From Torpedo marmorata (taxonomy: Eukaryota), in the NCBI GenBank assembly GCA_977017645.1, contig OZ360257.1:14508001-14572000 (forward strand): a stretch of DNA of 64,000 nucleotides, read 5' to 3'. The translations under genes were made by a program, and so were the position numbers. The notes under the pieces are model-generated. The model searched no databases, was not told the origin of the DNA, and saw only the letters and a program-made list of their open reading frames with translations. This document shows positions 34,967 through 48,285 of this stretch, piece after piece. How positions within the stretch are numbered: position 1 is the stretch's first letter; the number at the start of each line of letters is the position of its first letter.

Positions 34967-37900
34967 ACCAATTATGCAGCCACGACGAATCAGAGTTCAT
35001 GGCACTGTTCCTCAGTTCGTTTCCAATTTCGACTCTTGACGTTCCTGATTCTTCCCCAGTTTGGTAAGCACCGTAAAAAAAAGCACACCACACACACCAT
35101 TCCCACACCAACATGTCTGTACGTGGCTTCAGGTTCTGCCAAATAGAGACCATCTGCAAATTGGAGGAACAACATTTTATATTCCGTCCTGGATGTCTCA
35201 AGCAGACTTCATCAACATCGAATTCGAATTTCAGTTAACAACACCTCCCTGTGCCCACCTCCTTCTCTATCCCTCTGTTTCCTATACTCCAGGCCCATTT
35301 CACTGGTCAGCTTGTTTATCTTTTACCTTTCCACCTGTATAAATGTTACCGCTTACCCATTTAGCCTGTGCTCCCCCACGTTCTCATCCCTCACTCTTGT
35401 CCTCCCGTTCCCCAATATTTTTAGACAGGCGCCTGCCTGTTTTTCTGCCTTGTTCCCTGTGAAGAGCCCAGTCCTGAATGTAGGTTATCCTTTACTTTCT
35501 GTTGATGCTGCGTGAACTGCTGAGCTTCTCCATCAGCCCAGCATCTGACTACTTTCTTGTTTAACTCTTATTTCTATTTCTTACCCTGAAGCTGCGGAAA
35601 GTATATTGGTTTGGGTCTCTTCTGACGTTTCACGTTCAGGGATCTGTTTCGAGTGAGTGGAGGATCGTTTGGGAGATGTCAGAGATAGAATTTTACACAG
35701 AGAGTGGTGGGTGTCTCCAATGCATGGTCGAGAGTGGTGACAGAGGTTTGCACAATAGAAATATGCTAATGACTCTGATTTAGGCATCAGGGTGTGAAAA
35801 GTAGAGAGTTACTGGTGTAAAGTATGGAAGGATTTGATGGTTGAGGAGCAGGTTTACATCGATGCGCGCAACTTCGTAGACCGAAGGAAATATACTGTGT
35901 CACTTTGTTCTGTGTTATAAAATAGTCCTGTCTTAAATTAACGAACACGGTGGTCGACACAGAAATTCAGAATACATTTTCTTTTCATGACCGTGAGTTC
36001 AAATAAATATCAGATCATTTAGAAAAAGGAAAGGCGCTGCAAAAGATTTGTTATTGGCCTAATGGCGACTACTGGATGTCCGGTCAGTGTAAATGTGTAA
36101 ATAATTGAACGTAATATTCAACGACGCATGAATCAACAGTTGCCCAGAATAATAATTAGATCAAAATCTACTTCAGGTTTATACAAGGATGATATGATCG
36201 AGGTATTTTTTGCAACATACCAGTAGACATATCATATATAGTTCAACGAGTGAGACACAATAAAAAAAATCAGAGTTACATAGAAGAATAGAGGGAGTGT
36301 GTAGTGAAGGAGATAGAGAGCGATAGAGAGCGAGAGAGGGAGACGGAGAGGTAGAAGTAGAGGTAGATCTGGAGGGAACGGGTGAGGAAGGGTGGAGAGA
36401 GATGGAGAGAGAGAGAGAGATGGAGAGAGAGATAAACAGAGAGAGATACAGAGAGAGAGAGAGAGAGTGGTTGCTACGGACAAAGGCAAAATAATTTTAC
36501 TATCTTGGGACCACTACACAAAGTGCAGGGAATTCTCAACCGGACTGGCGTCAGCTGTGTCAGACTCTGCGTGCGGGGTGAGAAGGGCCTCCCTTATTTC
36601 GCGAGCCCTCTGTAAACAAAGGACCCGGTAAATTCTATCGATGGGATGTGGAGGGGTGGGGAGAGTTTGGAGGGCGACACCAGTAATCCTCTCTGCCGTT
36701 TCATGGTCCTTTGGACTGACCTCCAATCCGATGGTGCAGAGCAACTATGATGCAGCCGGTCAGGACGCTCTCGATAGAGTTCCTGCAGAACGATGACAGA
36801 ATGATGGCCCGTAACATTGCCCGCCTCAGTCTTCTAAGGAAGTGCAGTCGCTGGTGGGACTTTCTGACAATTGAGGAGATGTTATGTGTCCAATATAGAT
36901 GACTTCATAAGTGGAGTTCGAGGAACGTGATATATTCAGGGGAACATCAGGGGGACTTCTTGGCGAGTGGTGAGTGGGTGGTCGAGCTACCTGCTAAAGT
37001 GGTGAATGAGAGCTCAATTTTGATATTAAAGAAAGATTTGGATAGGTACATGGATGGGAGGAGTATGGAGGGATGTCGCCCTGGTGCATGTCAATGGATC
37101 TATGCAGAATTGTATTTCGGCACGAACTAAATGGGCAGAAGATCTTGTTTCTCTGCTTTTGTATTCTGTGGTTAAGAAATTAAGGGATGTGGGAAAGTTA
37201 AATACAGCGCAATATAGATCAGCTATGTTGTTTTAAATTTACATCCATTTATATGATTTTATATTCTTATTTACAAATTAGAATCAGGACTGGCCACCCG
37301 ATCTGCAAATTATTTATCCAAAATCGTAGCTGATATATTTCTGCGCCTCCTTGCCTCGCTAAGTGTTCCCGAACAGTAATGTTGACCGGCTATTTCTCTC
37401 CACAGATGCTGCCTGACTCGCTGGGAACATAGGCACATCAGAGCACATTGCAGGCCCTTCAGCCTCCGATGTTGTACTGAACTATGTAAATGTACTCCAC
37501 ACCAATCTCATCTTTCACCGACTCACACCCACAACCCTCTTATCAGACCTTCCAGTTACTGGATATTAAAGAAAGATTCCAGCATCTGCAGTTCTTGCGC
37601 TTCTCGTTCCTTATATTTTAATTTGTCACACGAATCTCCTTCATCCCCCTCCTCCTTATCTCCATCCCAGGATGGGGCCTCTCATCGCACCATCACCGCC
37701 TTGTCCCGTTGGTATTTTGTTGGTGTGGCGCATTCAATCGAACTGTGCAAACCTCGGCAGTTACTTTTCTGACTCTTGTTTCAGCTTCGCTTAACGTTCT
37801 GTTCTCTGTGGCAGTCGTTGAAATCAAGGGTGAATTTCACCTGAACCTGAATGCGACAGATCTTGGGTTCATTATGGATGGCACCTTGAAAATTAGATTC

Positions 37901-38318
37901 GCGGGTCTAAAATACATCGGACTCTCATAGGAACGCTAATAGAAGCGACGAAGTCAGTGCAGACGCATTGAAATGTGACCAAATCCCCTCAGAGACGAGG
38001 ATAAATCGAAGCAAAGGGAGATGGATAAACGCGACACTCCGGTGCCACGGATCAAGGTCACGTGTGGCAGCGAGCTCGCACCTGAACTTTGTTTATTGCG
38101 ATCCCTCGGGTCAATTACTGTGCGTCGAGCTAACTCAGTTCATAAATTTAGAATGAATTGGTACTGTCTGTTAAATCGAGTATGTGGAGATGTTATGTAA
38201 TTTAATGTCCCAGTGGAAACGGCTGTCCTATAAATTGGGCTTCATAGTGAATCTCTTCGTTCTGGCACGTGGACCTCTGCTGCATAGAAAACGTTCCTAT
38301 CCTCATACGATGCCAGGA

Positions 38319-41300
38319 ATGGACGCCACGGAGATCTTCTATCCCATTCTTGCAATTGTCGTCATCCCTGGTACGTGCTTTTTCTGGGATCTCCGACGTT
38401 TGGTTCCAGTTTGTCCGTATTCAGGAGGAGTATCCCATCTTTACCGCGTGTAGTAATTACTGCAGATTGGTCCACGTTTCATTTACATGGAGAGAACTGT
38501 TTCATGATTTGCTGCCTCTGCCACCATCTGCCACAGAGCGGCTCTGACTGGGACAGAAAAAGACAACGTTGGTCAGACGTCGGCCTGTCAGAATGAGAAT
38601 AATCATTGGACCTGAAGTTGTTGAATATAAGGCATGTCCTGTCGTTGGAAAATAAGACAGACGACCTCAGAGCCAGAGTGCTTCAGCAGCGACAGGTGAG
38701 ACAAATCTCAGTGGTTTACTGCCCTGAGTCAGGGCTAACAGAGAACATATCAGACGCCGCGTTCCGACCAGAGGTTATCATCATTCACAGACTGGACAGG
38801 GACCCGGATTCTGGCAGAGGCATTGGGCACAGTGTGTGGTTTTCAGTTAATATTATCTGGTTCACGGATGTTGGGGTAATGTCGACCACATGTCGAACAT
38901 TGTCTAGTCCTCCTGCACCCTGGGCGTCTTTTAGACCATTGCTCTACTCGCTTTACATCTACGAATGCGTGACTCGGTAGGACATAAACTAAATTAATCA
39001 CAAATACGCTGGCAATACAACATTAGTGTGTTGTATCGAAAGGGGAGATGAGTCAGCATACAGGATGGAGATTGAAAACATGACTGAATGGTGTATCAAC
39101 AACTACCTCTCACTCAAGGTCACCAAAACCCAAGAGCTGATTCTAGGAAATAAGAAAGGAAAAGAGGTGGAGAGATTCCACAAATTTCAAATCATGGGAG
39201 TCACAAACTCGAAGGACATTTTCTGGACACAACATACATATGTCGTCGAGAAGAAAGTACGTCAACTCCTCCACATACTCTGGAGTTTGCCGAGGTTTGC
39301 AGTCAGAGTTGGTAAACTTCGGCAGATGTGTAGCGTAAATTGTTCGGACCGGCTGCATTACGGCTGGCAATGGGGATACCAATATCTATAAGCGCAAAAG
39401 CCCTTCAAATGTTACTTTACACAGAACAGTACATCAGAAGCAAATCTCTCCCCATCATCGAGAAAATCTACATGGAACGCTGCAGTCGGAGAGCAGCAGC
39501 AATCATCAAGAATCTTCCCCAACCACACCACTCTGCTCTCGATGCTGCCATCAGGAAAGAGGTGTAGCTGCCACAATAGTGGTACTACCATGACCAAGAA
39601 CAGTGGGTATCCCTCCCCCATCAGACTGCTAAACAGACTCAATCAGAGACTCTTTCAAGGACTCTTATTTGCACATTATGAATGACAACATTTATTTTTT
39701 CAGTATTTACACATTCAGTTTGTTTACATTTCTTTCTTTGCTTTCTTTTGTGTCCAGTTATTTTCCTTGAGAACTGTTCACACAATCGATAAGTAGAAAT
39801 TCTGCCTTGTCCACAGGGAAAAAAAAAGAATCTCATGGTTGCATTTGATGTCATGTATGTACGCTGACAATATACTTGAAACTTGAAGGGGATGACACTC
39901 ACCAGCTGCTCTCCTTTTGGTGGGACAATTCATGCAAATGGTTTGTGGTCGGAGCCAACTTTCAGTTCGGATGTTCCACGGATTCGTGGTATCGGATGTT
40001 GAATATGCAGTCGACCAATCCAGTTTTCCTTCGCACATCGTAATCCATCTATTAAACATATAACACCGAACAGTACAACACCTCCACGATGTTGTGATGA
40101 CCTCTGTATACCTCATCTACAACAACCGATTTTCTCCACCTCCAACCATAACTATCTATTTTTCTAACACTCATGCACCTATCTAAGTGTGTTTTAAATA
40201 TCGCTGCCTTACCCGCCTTCACCACTAAGCCGTGCAATAAATTCCAGGGGCCCAACATTTTTGAGTAAAACAAAAACGTATCTCCGACATCTCCTCTAAA
40301 CTCTCCTCTACTCACCTAAATCAGATTTCATATGATATTTGCTATCTTTGCCCCAAGGGAAAAGTGTTGGCTGCCCAACCCATCCAGACTCCTCATAATC
40401 ATGTATACCCCTATTAATGCACCTCTTACTCTTTGTCGCTCCGAGAAAGCCCTAGCCCTGCAACCGTCCTTCACATGACGAGTTCTCCAATCCACGCATC
40501 AACTTTTCACCCTCTCCAGAGTATCTTCATCCTTCCTATAATGAGGAAACCGGAACTGAAACAACGTATTGAACTATTGATCCTCACGTGTACGGAGAAA
40601 AGTGAAAAGGTATTGTTTTGAGCGCTATCCAGTCAAATCAACCCACACAGTATACAGCAGACAGTGTAAGGGTAAAACATATGACAGGCGATAGTGTTAT
40701 AATGAAAGTACAACATGTCGTGTTAAAGTCAAAAGTGTTGTTAAGCAGTGTAAGGCATTACCTTTACTCATGAGCGGGCTATTCAAGAGCCTGTCAGCAG
40801 GAAACAAAGTTCCATTGAATCTAGTGCGGAGCGGTTTCTGAAACTCGTGCATTTTTAGTCAGACGGGAGTGAGAAGGGGATAGTGCGCTCGGGGTGGAAT
40901 TGATACTTTGACATGTAGACTGATTAATTATCTCCGATGTGGCCGGAGACACGAACGGAGTCGATGGAGGGAAGAGAGGCCTGTTTGATAATCCTCAATT
41001 GCGTTCATTACTCTCCTTAGTTTCCTGAAACCCCGTGAAGAACAGTTTCCACGGTAATCTGCGATACACAGGCACCGGACAGTTACTACTGTGCATCTGC
41101 ACACAACGGTCAGGGTCAACGGGGGCATGCCGAATTTTCTCATCTTCTGAGGAAATGGAGGCGTTGCTGCGTTTTCAGTTCAGTTGCGCCAGTGTAATGT
41201 CAGAAACGGAATCACTTACAGGATCTTAAAAATGATCAGGTGAGATTGTTGCCAAATATTCCACAGTTAAAATCACGTTAAAGCTGTTGGCCTGTTTTTC

Positions 41301-42246
41301 TGGTAGTTTCCTGGTTTTCCATCTTGTTACAGGTAACCTGCTCTCCATTGTGGTCCTGTCCCGGTGAATGTTCGGCCTCTCCAAAGGAGTGATTCGTTAC
41401 ATGGTAACCATGGCAGTTGCAGACACAATGGTCTGGGTGTTTAACGTTATGGTGGGAAACGTCCTCCTCTATCATTTTCCGGGTTCATTCCTGGCACACA
41501 CCTCCACTTGCCGTCTTACAGCCATCATGCAGTGATCCAGCGTGCAATTCTCTGTCTGGGCCACGGTGTCATTCACAATCGACCGCTTCATTGCATTTGT
41601 TGCCAAAGATTCAAAACAGAATATTGTACCAAAAGAAACGCCGCGGTGGTTCCAACGACTGTGTCTGTGCTGAGCTTTGTGATGCACATTCCAGCTTATT
41701 TCCGCTATGAGCCCCATTACGTTGTGTGTGATGTCCAATGGGGCTGCCGTACCGTACCACAATACATTAATTCACCAGTATGGCAGACTTACAGATAGAT
41801 GTCTAAACTCATGTTACTACTGGTGCCACTGCCGCTGATGTTGCTGTTGAATTCTCTCACTGCCCGACACATTGTACTGGTCAGCAGAGCTCGGAGAGCT
41901 TTGAAGCGCCGTGGGGACGGCGAGGTGAGTGATCCCGAGATGACGAACGGGAGGACGTCCATTATTTTGCTCTTCGCCACCTCTGGCACCTTCATAGCGT
42001 TTGTGGACACCGGTTACGATAATTGAACTATGTTTCCAACTCACCTCCAGTTTTGCGATCGACGCCCCGACGTCACTGTATCTGGCAATTAGAATCGCGA
42101 TCCTGCTGATGTATTTGAGTTCCTGTACAAACACTTGTGTTTATGTATTGACACAGAGGAGATTCCGGGAGGAAGTGAAGAAACTGGTGAAATATCCATT
42201 TATTGTCCTTGTTCGGTTTTTAAAACAAATTAGGCAGCCACAATGA
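38319..42246 (+). pseudogene. GPR139-like GPCR type A copy 4, pseudogene
   Basis: Exon 1 at 38319-38370 (donor gtacgt); exon 2 from 41333. In-frame TGA at 41365 and 41533, TAG near 41796, and frameshifts near 41594 and 42000. Confidence 0.9.
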
Positions 42247-43609
42247 AACAGATCATGGCTCTTTTCCTCGGTTCTTTCCAATTTCGACTTTTCATTTTCT
42301 GAATCATCCACAGTATCGTAAGCCCGTAAAACAAAGCAAACCAGACACGCCATTCCCACACCAACATGTCTATACGTGGCCTCATGTACTGCCAAATGGA
42401 GTCCATCCGCTAATTGGAAGAACAACCCCTTATATTCCGTCTTGGTAGTCTCAAACAGACTTCATCAATATCGAATTATAATTTCTGTAAACATCCCCTC
42501 CCCGTGCCCCTCTCTTTCCCTGCCCCTCTCTCCCACTCTCTCTCCAGCCCCTTCCCTTCCTTCCACTATCAGAGAACTACACACTTCCCATTCACTTTCA
42601 GCTTGTTCGTCTTCTACCCTCCCACCTGCATCAATCTAACCTCTTACCTGTTAGACTGTACTCCCCCCCTTTCTCAGCCCTCACTCCTCTCCTCCCCTCC
42701 CCTCATTTTTTTAGATAGGCGCCTGCCTGTTATTTTCTTTTCTGTCTTATTCCCAATGAAGGGCCCAGGTATGAATATTGGTTATCCTTTACTTTCTGTT
42801 GATGCTGCGTGACCTGTTGATTTTCGCCAGCAGCCCAGAATCTGAAGACGTTCTTGTTTAACTTGTCCAATTCTTACCCTGAAGGTTTTAATAAGCACGA
42901 TTAGAGTAGCGGTTAGCGCAACACCATGACAGCGCCAGCGACACGTGCTTGAGTCTGATGCTGTCAGTAACGAGTTTGTATGTTCTCCCCATGTCTGCGT
43001 GGGTTTCCTCCGAGTGCTCCGCTGTCCTCCCACACTTAAAACGTACGAGTGCTGTAGGTTAAATGGGTTAATTGGCGAAAATACTGTGGGAAACTGGGAT
43101 TATTTTGTGACTAATCTGAAGTTTAATGCAAGGCATCTGTTTCGGTTGAATCGAGGAATGTTTTGCGAGATGTCAGAGATAGATTTTTACACAGAGACTG
43201 GTGGTTGCCTTGGCTGCATTGCCGGGAATGGTGGTAGAGGCCGGTACAATATAAACATTCAAATGACTGTTGGATAGGCATGTGGATGTAAGTAAAATAG
43301 TGAGTTAAGGGAGTGTGCACCATGGATAGATCAAATGGTTGAGGAGTAGGTTTACATCGGTCCGTGCAACGTCATGGGTCGAAGAACATGTAATGTGCTC
43401 TAATGTTCAACGTTCTGAAATAGTCATGTCTTAAATTAACGAACACGGTGGTCAACTCGTAAATTCAGAAGAAATCTTACTTCAATGACCGTGAATTCAA
43501 ATTAACATCAGAAAATTTATCTGAAGAGAAGGCGAGAACAGAGCGTGTGCCTGGTGGTGTGGCTCCTTGATGAATGCTACTGCTCTCCGACGGCAGCGTT
43601 CCCCGTAGA

Positions 43610-44522
43610 AATTCAAATTCTATACTCAAGTTCACCGATGACACCACAGTGGTTGGCATGATCAGAGGGGACGATGAAACGGCCTATAGGGATGTGGTTC
43701 AGCACCTGGCCTTGTTGTGTGCCGATAACAACTTGACACTCAATACTCAGAAGACCAAGGAAATCATTGTGGACTTCAGGCGTACTGGAAGCCACACTCA
43801 CGTCCCTATTTACATCAATGGAGTTTTGGTGGAACGTTTATCGATCCTTAAATTTCTTGAGGTCCATATTTCCGAAGATCTTACCTGGTCCCTGAAGTCA
43901 TCAATTCTGATTAAAAAGGCACCAGAGCGTCATTATTTTCTGCGAAGCATGAGGAAGGTACACCTCTGTCCCAGGATATTGCTGGATTTCTATAGATGTA
44001 CCATTGAGAGCGTATTAACATATGGCATCTCGGTGTGGCATGGCACAAGACAGCAAAGCTCTCCAGCGGGTGGTAAAAACTGCCCAGCGGATTATTGGCA
44101 TGATATTGCCAACCATCGAGAACATCTATAGGGAACGGTGTCTGGGCAGGTCGAGGAACATCATTAAAGATGCATCACACCAAAATCACGGACTTTTTAC
44201 TCTTCTCCCATCGGGCAGGCGATATCGGAGCCTTCGCTCGCGTACCAGCAGGCTCAAGAAGAGCTTTTTTCATTAGGCTGTGAGCCTGATGAACATTGAA
44301 TCACAGCGCTGAGTGGTACTTCACTCATATTGTAATATACGTACCTTTTTAATAGTTTGTTTGTTGAATAGGTTAGTTGTTGTTTTTAATCGCACATGTT
44401 TTACTTGTGATGTATATAGCACTTTTTTTAAACTTCTGGTTGGATGCTAATTGTATCTCATTGGCTTGTTTTGCACTGGTATAATGACAATAAAGTGTAA
44501 TTTACCTAATCTAATCTAATCT
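43610..44522 (+). mobile_element. Rex/Babar-type LINE 3' fragment
   Basis: KFTDDTTVVG...LNTQKTKEIIVDFRR...FYRCTIESVLT...LPSGRRYRSL; 3' end GACAATAAAG plus (ATCTA)n. Nested in an older antisense LINE of the same type. Confidence 0.85.
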
Positions 44523-44899
44523 AGATGTTCTCGATAGTGGAGAGGTTTTCACATGAGATATCCTGAGCTGTGCCCAATACATTATGCAGGGTTTACACTC
44601 GGGGACATTGGCGTCCCCATACCAGACCGTGATGCATCCTGTCAGCACAATGTCCACCACACATCTGTAGAATTTGACATGGTTTCCGATGTCATAACAA
44701 ACCTCCGCAAACTCCTGCGGAGTTAGATGCGCTGACGTGCTTTCTTAACAATGCCATAAGTGCGTTGGGTCCAGGAAATATCCTCCGAGATAGTGGCTCC
44801 CACGAACACCAATTTACTCACCCTCTCCTCCTCTTATCCCCCAATGATCACTGGATCGTTCACATATTGTTTGGCCTTCCTGAAGTCAACAATCAGCTC

Positions 44900-47800
44900 G
44901 TAAATCACGAAAATCTGCAGACACCGTGGTTGAAGTAAACAACACAAATGCTGGAGAAACTTAGCAGGCCAAACAGTGTCTTTTATGTAGCAAAGGTAGA
45001 AATACATAACCGAAGTTTCGGGCTTGATCCCTTTATCAAAGTATGAGAAAATGCCAGCAGGCGCCCGAACAAAAGAGTGAGGGGGGAACGGGGTGGCAAA
45101 GGCAGGAGATGATAGGTGCAGAAAGGAGGTAGGGGTCAGCAGCAAAGAGAGGGAGGAGGGAATGCTGGGTAGGTGGAAAAAAACTGGAAGGACAGGTAAG
45201 GGGGAGGGGCAGGAAAAGGCAAGCAGGTTTAGTGGAAAGAAGAAAAGTCAATGTCAATGCCATCTGGCTGGAGAGTGCCCAGACGGAACATAAGATGTTG
45301 TTCCTCCAATTTGCGGGTAGTCTGTGTGGGATTGTACATAAGGCCATGGAAAGACATGTGAGCGTGGGAGTGTGACTCGGAATTGAAATGGCTGGCTTCT
45401 GGGAGGTCGCTGTTGTTGATGACGGAGAAGAGGTGCTCAGCGAAGCGATCTCCCAATCTACGACCGGTCTCTCCGATGTAGGAAATGCCACAAAGGGAGC
45501 ACCGGATGCAATAAATAAGTTATCTGGATGTACAAGTGAAGTCCAGCTTCACTTGAAAGTCCTGTTTGGGGCCCCGGACTGTGGTGAGTGGGGAGGTGTG
45601 GGCGCAGGTGTTGCACCTCCTGCGGGCACAGGGGAAGGTTCCGGGGGTGCGATGGGTTCGGGAGGGATGAGTGCACGAAGCACTCGGAGCAAGTGGTCCC
45701 TGCGGAAGGCCAAGAGGGGAGGAGAAGGAAAAACGTGTCTAGTGGTGGGTTCCTGCAGTAAGTGCCGGAAATTCCGGCGGATAATGTGATGGCTGCGGAG
45801 GCTGGTGGGGTGGTAGGTGAGGATGAGGGGGATTCTATGTTTGTTGCATCTAGGGGCAGAGGGGGCCAGGGCAGATGAGCAGGAAATGGAGGAGATACGG
45901 GTGAGGGCTGAGTTGATGGTGGTGGAGGGGATACCACGTTTGTGGAAGAAGGCAGACATTTCAGAAGGTCTGGACTGGAAGACCTCATCTTGGGAACAGA
46001 TGCGGTGGAGACGGAGAAATTGAGAGAAGGGGATTGAATCCTTAAAGGGGACAGGGTGTGAGGAAGTGTAGTCCAGATAGTTGTAGGAGTTGGAGGGTTT
46101 GTAGTAAACGTCTGTGGAAAGCTTGTCTCCCGAGATGGACACAGAGAGATCCAGGAAGGGGAGAGTGTTATCGGAGATGGACCAGGTGAGTTTGAGATCG
46201 TGGTGGAACATGGACGCGAAGTGGATGAAGATGTCACGCTCATCACGGGTGCATGATCAGCCCCAATGTAGTCGTCGATATACCGGAAGGAGAGATGAGG
46301 GGTCTTGCCTGTGTCGGCTTGCAGCATGGATTGCTCCACAAAGCCCACAAACAGGCTTGCATAGCTGGGACCCATGCGGGTACCCATGGCTATTCCTTTG
46401 ATTTGGAGGAAGCGGGATGAGTTAAAGGAGAAGTTATTGAAAGTGAGGACAAGTTCTGCCAGGCGAAGGAGGGTGGTGGTAGAGGGTGACTGGTCGGGTC
46501 TTTGGTCCAGGAAAAAGCGAAGTGCTTTCAGACCTTCTGTGTGGGGGATAGAGGTATAAAGGGATTGGACACCCATAGTGAAGATGATGCAGTCCGGTTC
46601 AGGGAATGTGAAGTCTATGAGAAGGTGGAGGGCATGTGAGGTTTCGCGGATGTTGGTGGCGAGGGATTGGACCAGGGGAGAAAAGATGGAGTCAAGGTAA
46701 GATGAAACTAGTTCGGCGGGGCAGGAGCAGGCAGAAACAATGGGTCTGCCCGGATGGTTGGGTTTGTGTATCTTGGGTAGAAGGTAGAAACGGGCAGTGC
46801 GGGGGTGGTGGCCGTGGAGGGGAGGTGACCGAAGGTGATGAAGTCGGAGATGGTGCTGGAGACAGTGGCTTGATGTGTAGTGATGGGGTCCTGTGGGAGG
46901 GGTCGGTAGGAGGAGGTGTCTGAGAGCTGTCGACTGGCCTCGGCAAGGTAGAGGTCAGTGCGCCAGACCACAACCGCACCGCCCTTGTCTGCGGGTTTGA
47001 TGGTGAGGTTGGGATTGTTGCGGAGAGTGTGGAGGGCAGAGCGCTCTGAGGAGGTGAGGTGGGAATACGAGAGGGGGGTGGTGAAGTTGAGACGGTTGAT
47101 GTCTCGGCGGCAGTTGGAAATAAAAAGGTCCAGAGCGGGCAGCTGGCCAGGACGAGGTGTCCAGGAAGAGGAAGAAGGCTTGAAGCGGGAGAAAGGGGGG
47201 TGCAGAGTCACGGTCATGGAAGTGAGCCCGGAGGCGGAGGCGACGGAAGTAGAGTTCGGCGATGAGGTCTTCCAGTCCAGATATTCTGATATGTCTGCCT
47301 TCTTTCTCAAACGTGGATTCCCCTCCACCACCATCAACTCAGCCCTCACCCGCATCTCCTCCATTTCCCGCTTATCTGCCCTGGCCCCCTCTGCCCCCAG
47401 ACGCAAACAACTTAGAATCCACCTCAGCCTCACCTACCACCCCACCAGCCTCCACATCCAACATATTATCCGCCGGAATTTCTGGCACTTACTACAGGAT
47501 CCCACCACCAGACACATTTTCCTTCTCCTCCCCTCTTGGCCTTCCGCAGGGACCGATCCCTCCGCGCCTCCCTCGTGCACTCATCCCTCCCCACCCATCG
47601 CACACCCGGCACCTTCCGCTGTGCCCGCAGGATGTGCAACACCTGCGCCCACACCTCCCCCGTCACCACGGTCCAGGGCCCCAAACAGGCCTTTCAAGTG
47701 AAACTACACTTCACTTGTACATCCAGAGAACTTATTTACTGCATACAGTGTTCCCTTTGTGGCGTTCTCTACATCGGAGAGACCGGTCGTAGATTGGGAG

Positions 47801-48285
47801 ATCGCTTTGCTGAGCACCTCCTCTCCGTCTGCAACAACAGCGACCTCCCAGTAGCCAAACATTTCAATTCCGAGGCACACTCCCACACTCACATGTCTGT
47901 CCATGACCTTATGTACTATCCCACCCAGGCTACCCGCAAATTGGAGGAACAACATCTTATTTTCCGTCTGGGCACTCTCCACTTGCCTTTTCCTTCCCCT
48001 CCCCCCTTACCTTTCCTTCCAGTTTTTTCCACCCACCCAGCCATCCCTCCTCCCCCTCTTTGCTGATGACCCCTCCCTCCTTTCTCCACCTATCATCTCC
48101 TGCCTTTGCCACCCCCTTCCCCCCTCACTCTTTTGTTCGGGCGCCTGCCGGCATTTTCTCATACTTTGATGAAGTGCTCAAGCCCTAACAATACTACATA
48201 AAATACTCTGTTTGACCTGCTGAGTTTCTCCAGCATTTGAGTTTTTTACTTCAACCACGGTGTCTATAGATTTTCGTGATTTGCT
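44900..48285. mobile_element. Penelope-like element (PLE; RT plus GIY-YIG), inverted-tandem insertion
   Basis: Minus-strand RT (SLYTSIP, KGIAMGTRMGPSYA, RYIDD, FLDL) and GIY-YIG. A plus-strand copy of the 3' part runs from 47261 (LIYCIQCSLCGVLYIGETGRRLGDRFAEH). Flanked by the 14-bp direct repeat TCAACAATCAGCTC (44886-44899 and 48286-48299). Confidence 0.9.
45005..45045 (-). ncRNA. Degenerate PLE hammerhead ribozyme motif
   Basis: Reverse complement CATACTTTGATAAAGGGATCAAGCCCGAAACTTCGGTTATG, homologous to 28311-28351 with core mutations. Confidence 0.5.

Noticed and set aside
44900-48285. DNA transposon suggested by terminal inverted repeats and a TSD
   Set aside because: It encodes a PLE reverse transcriptase and GIY-YIG, not a transposase; the inversion is a Penelope insertion structure.
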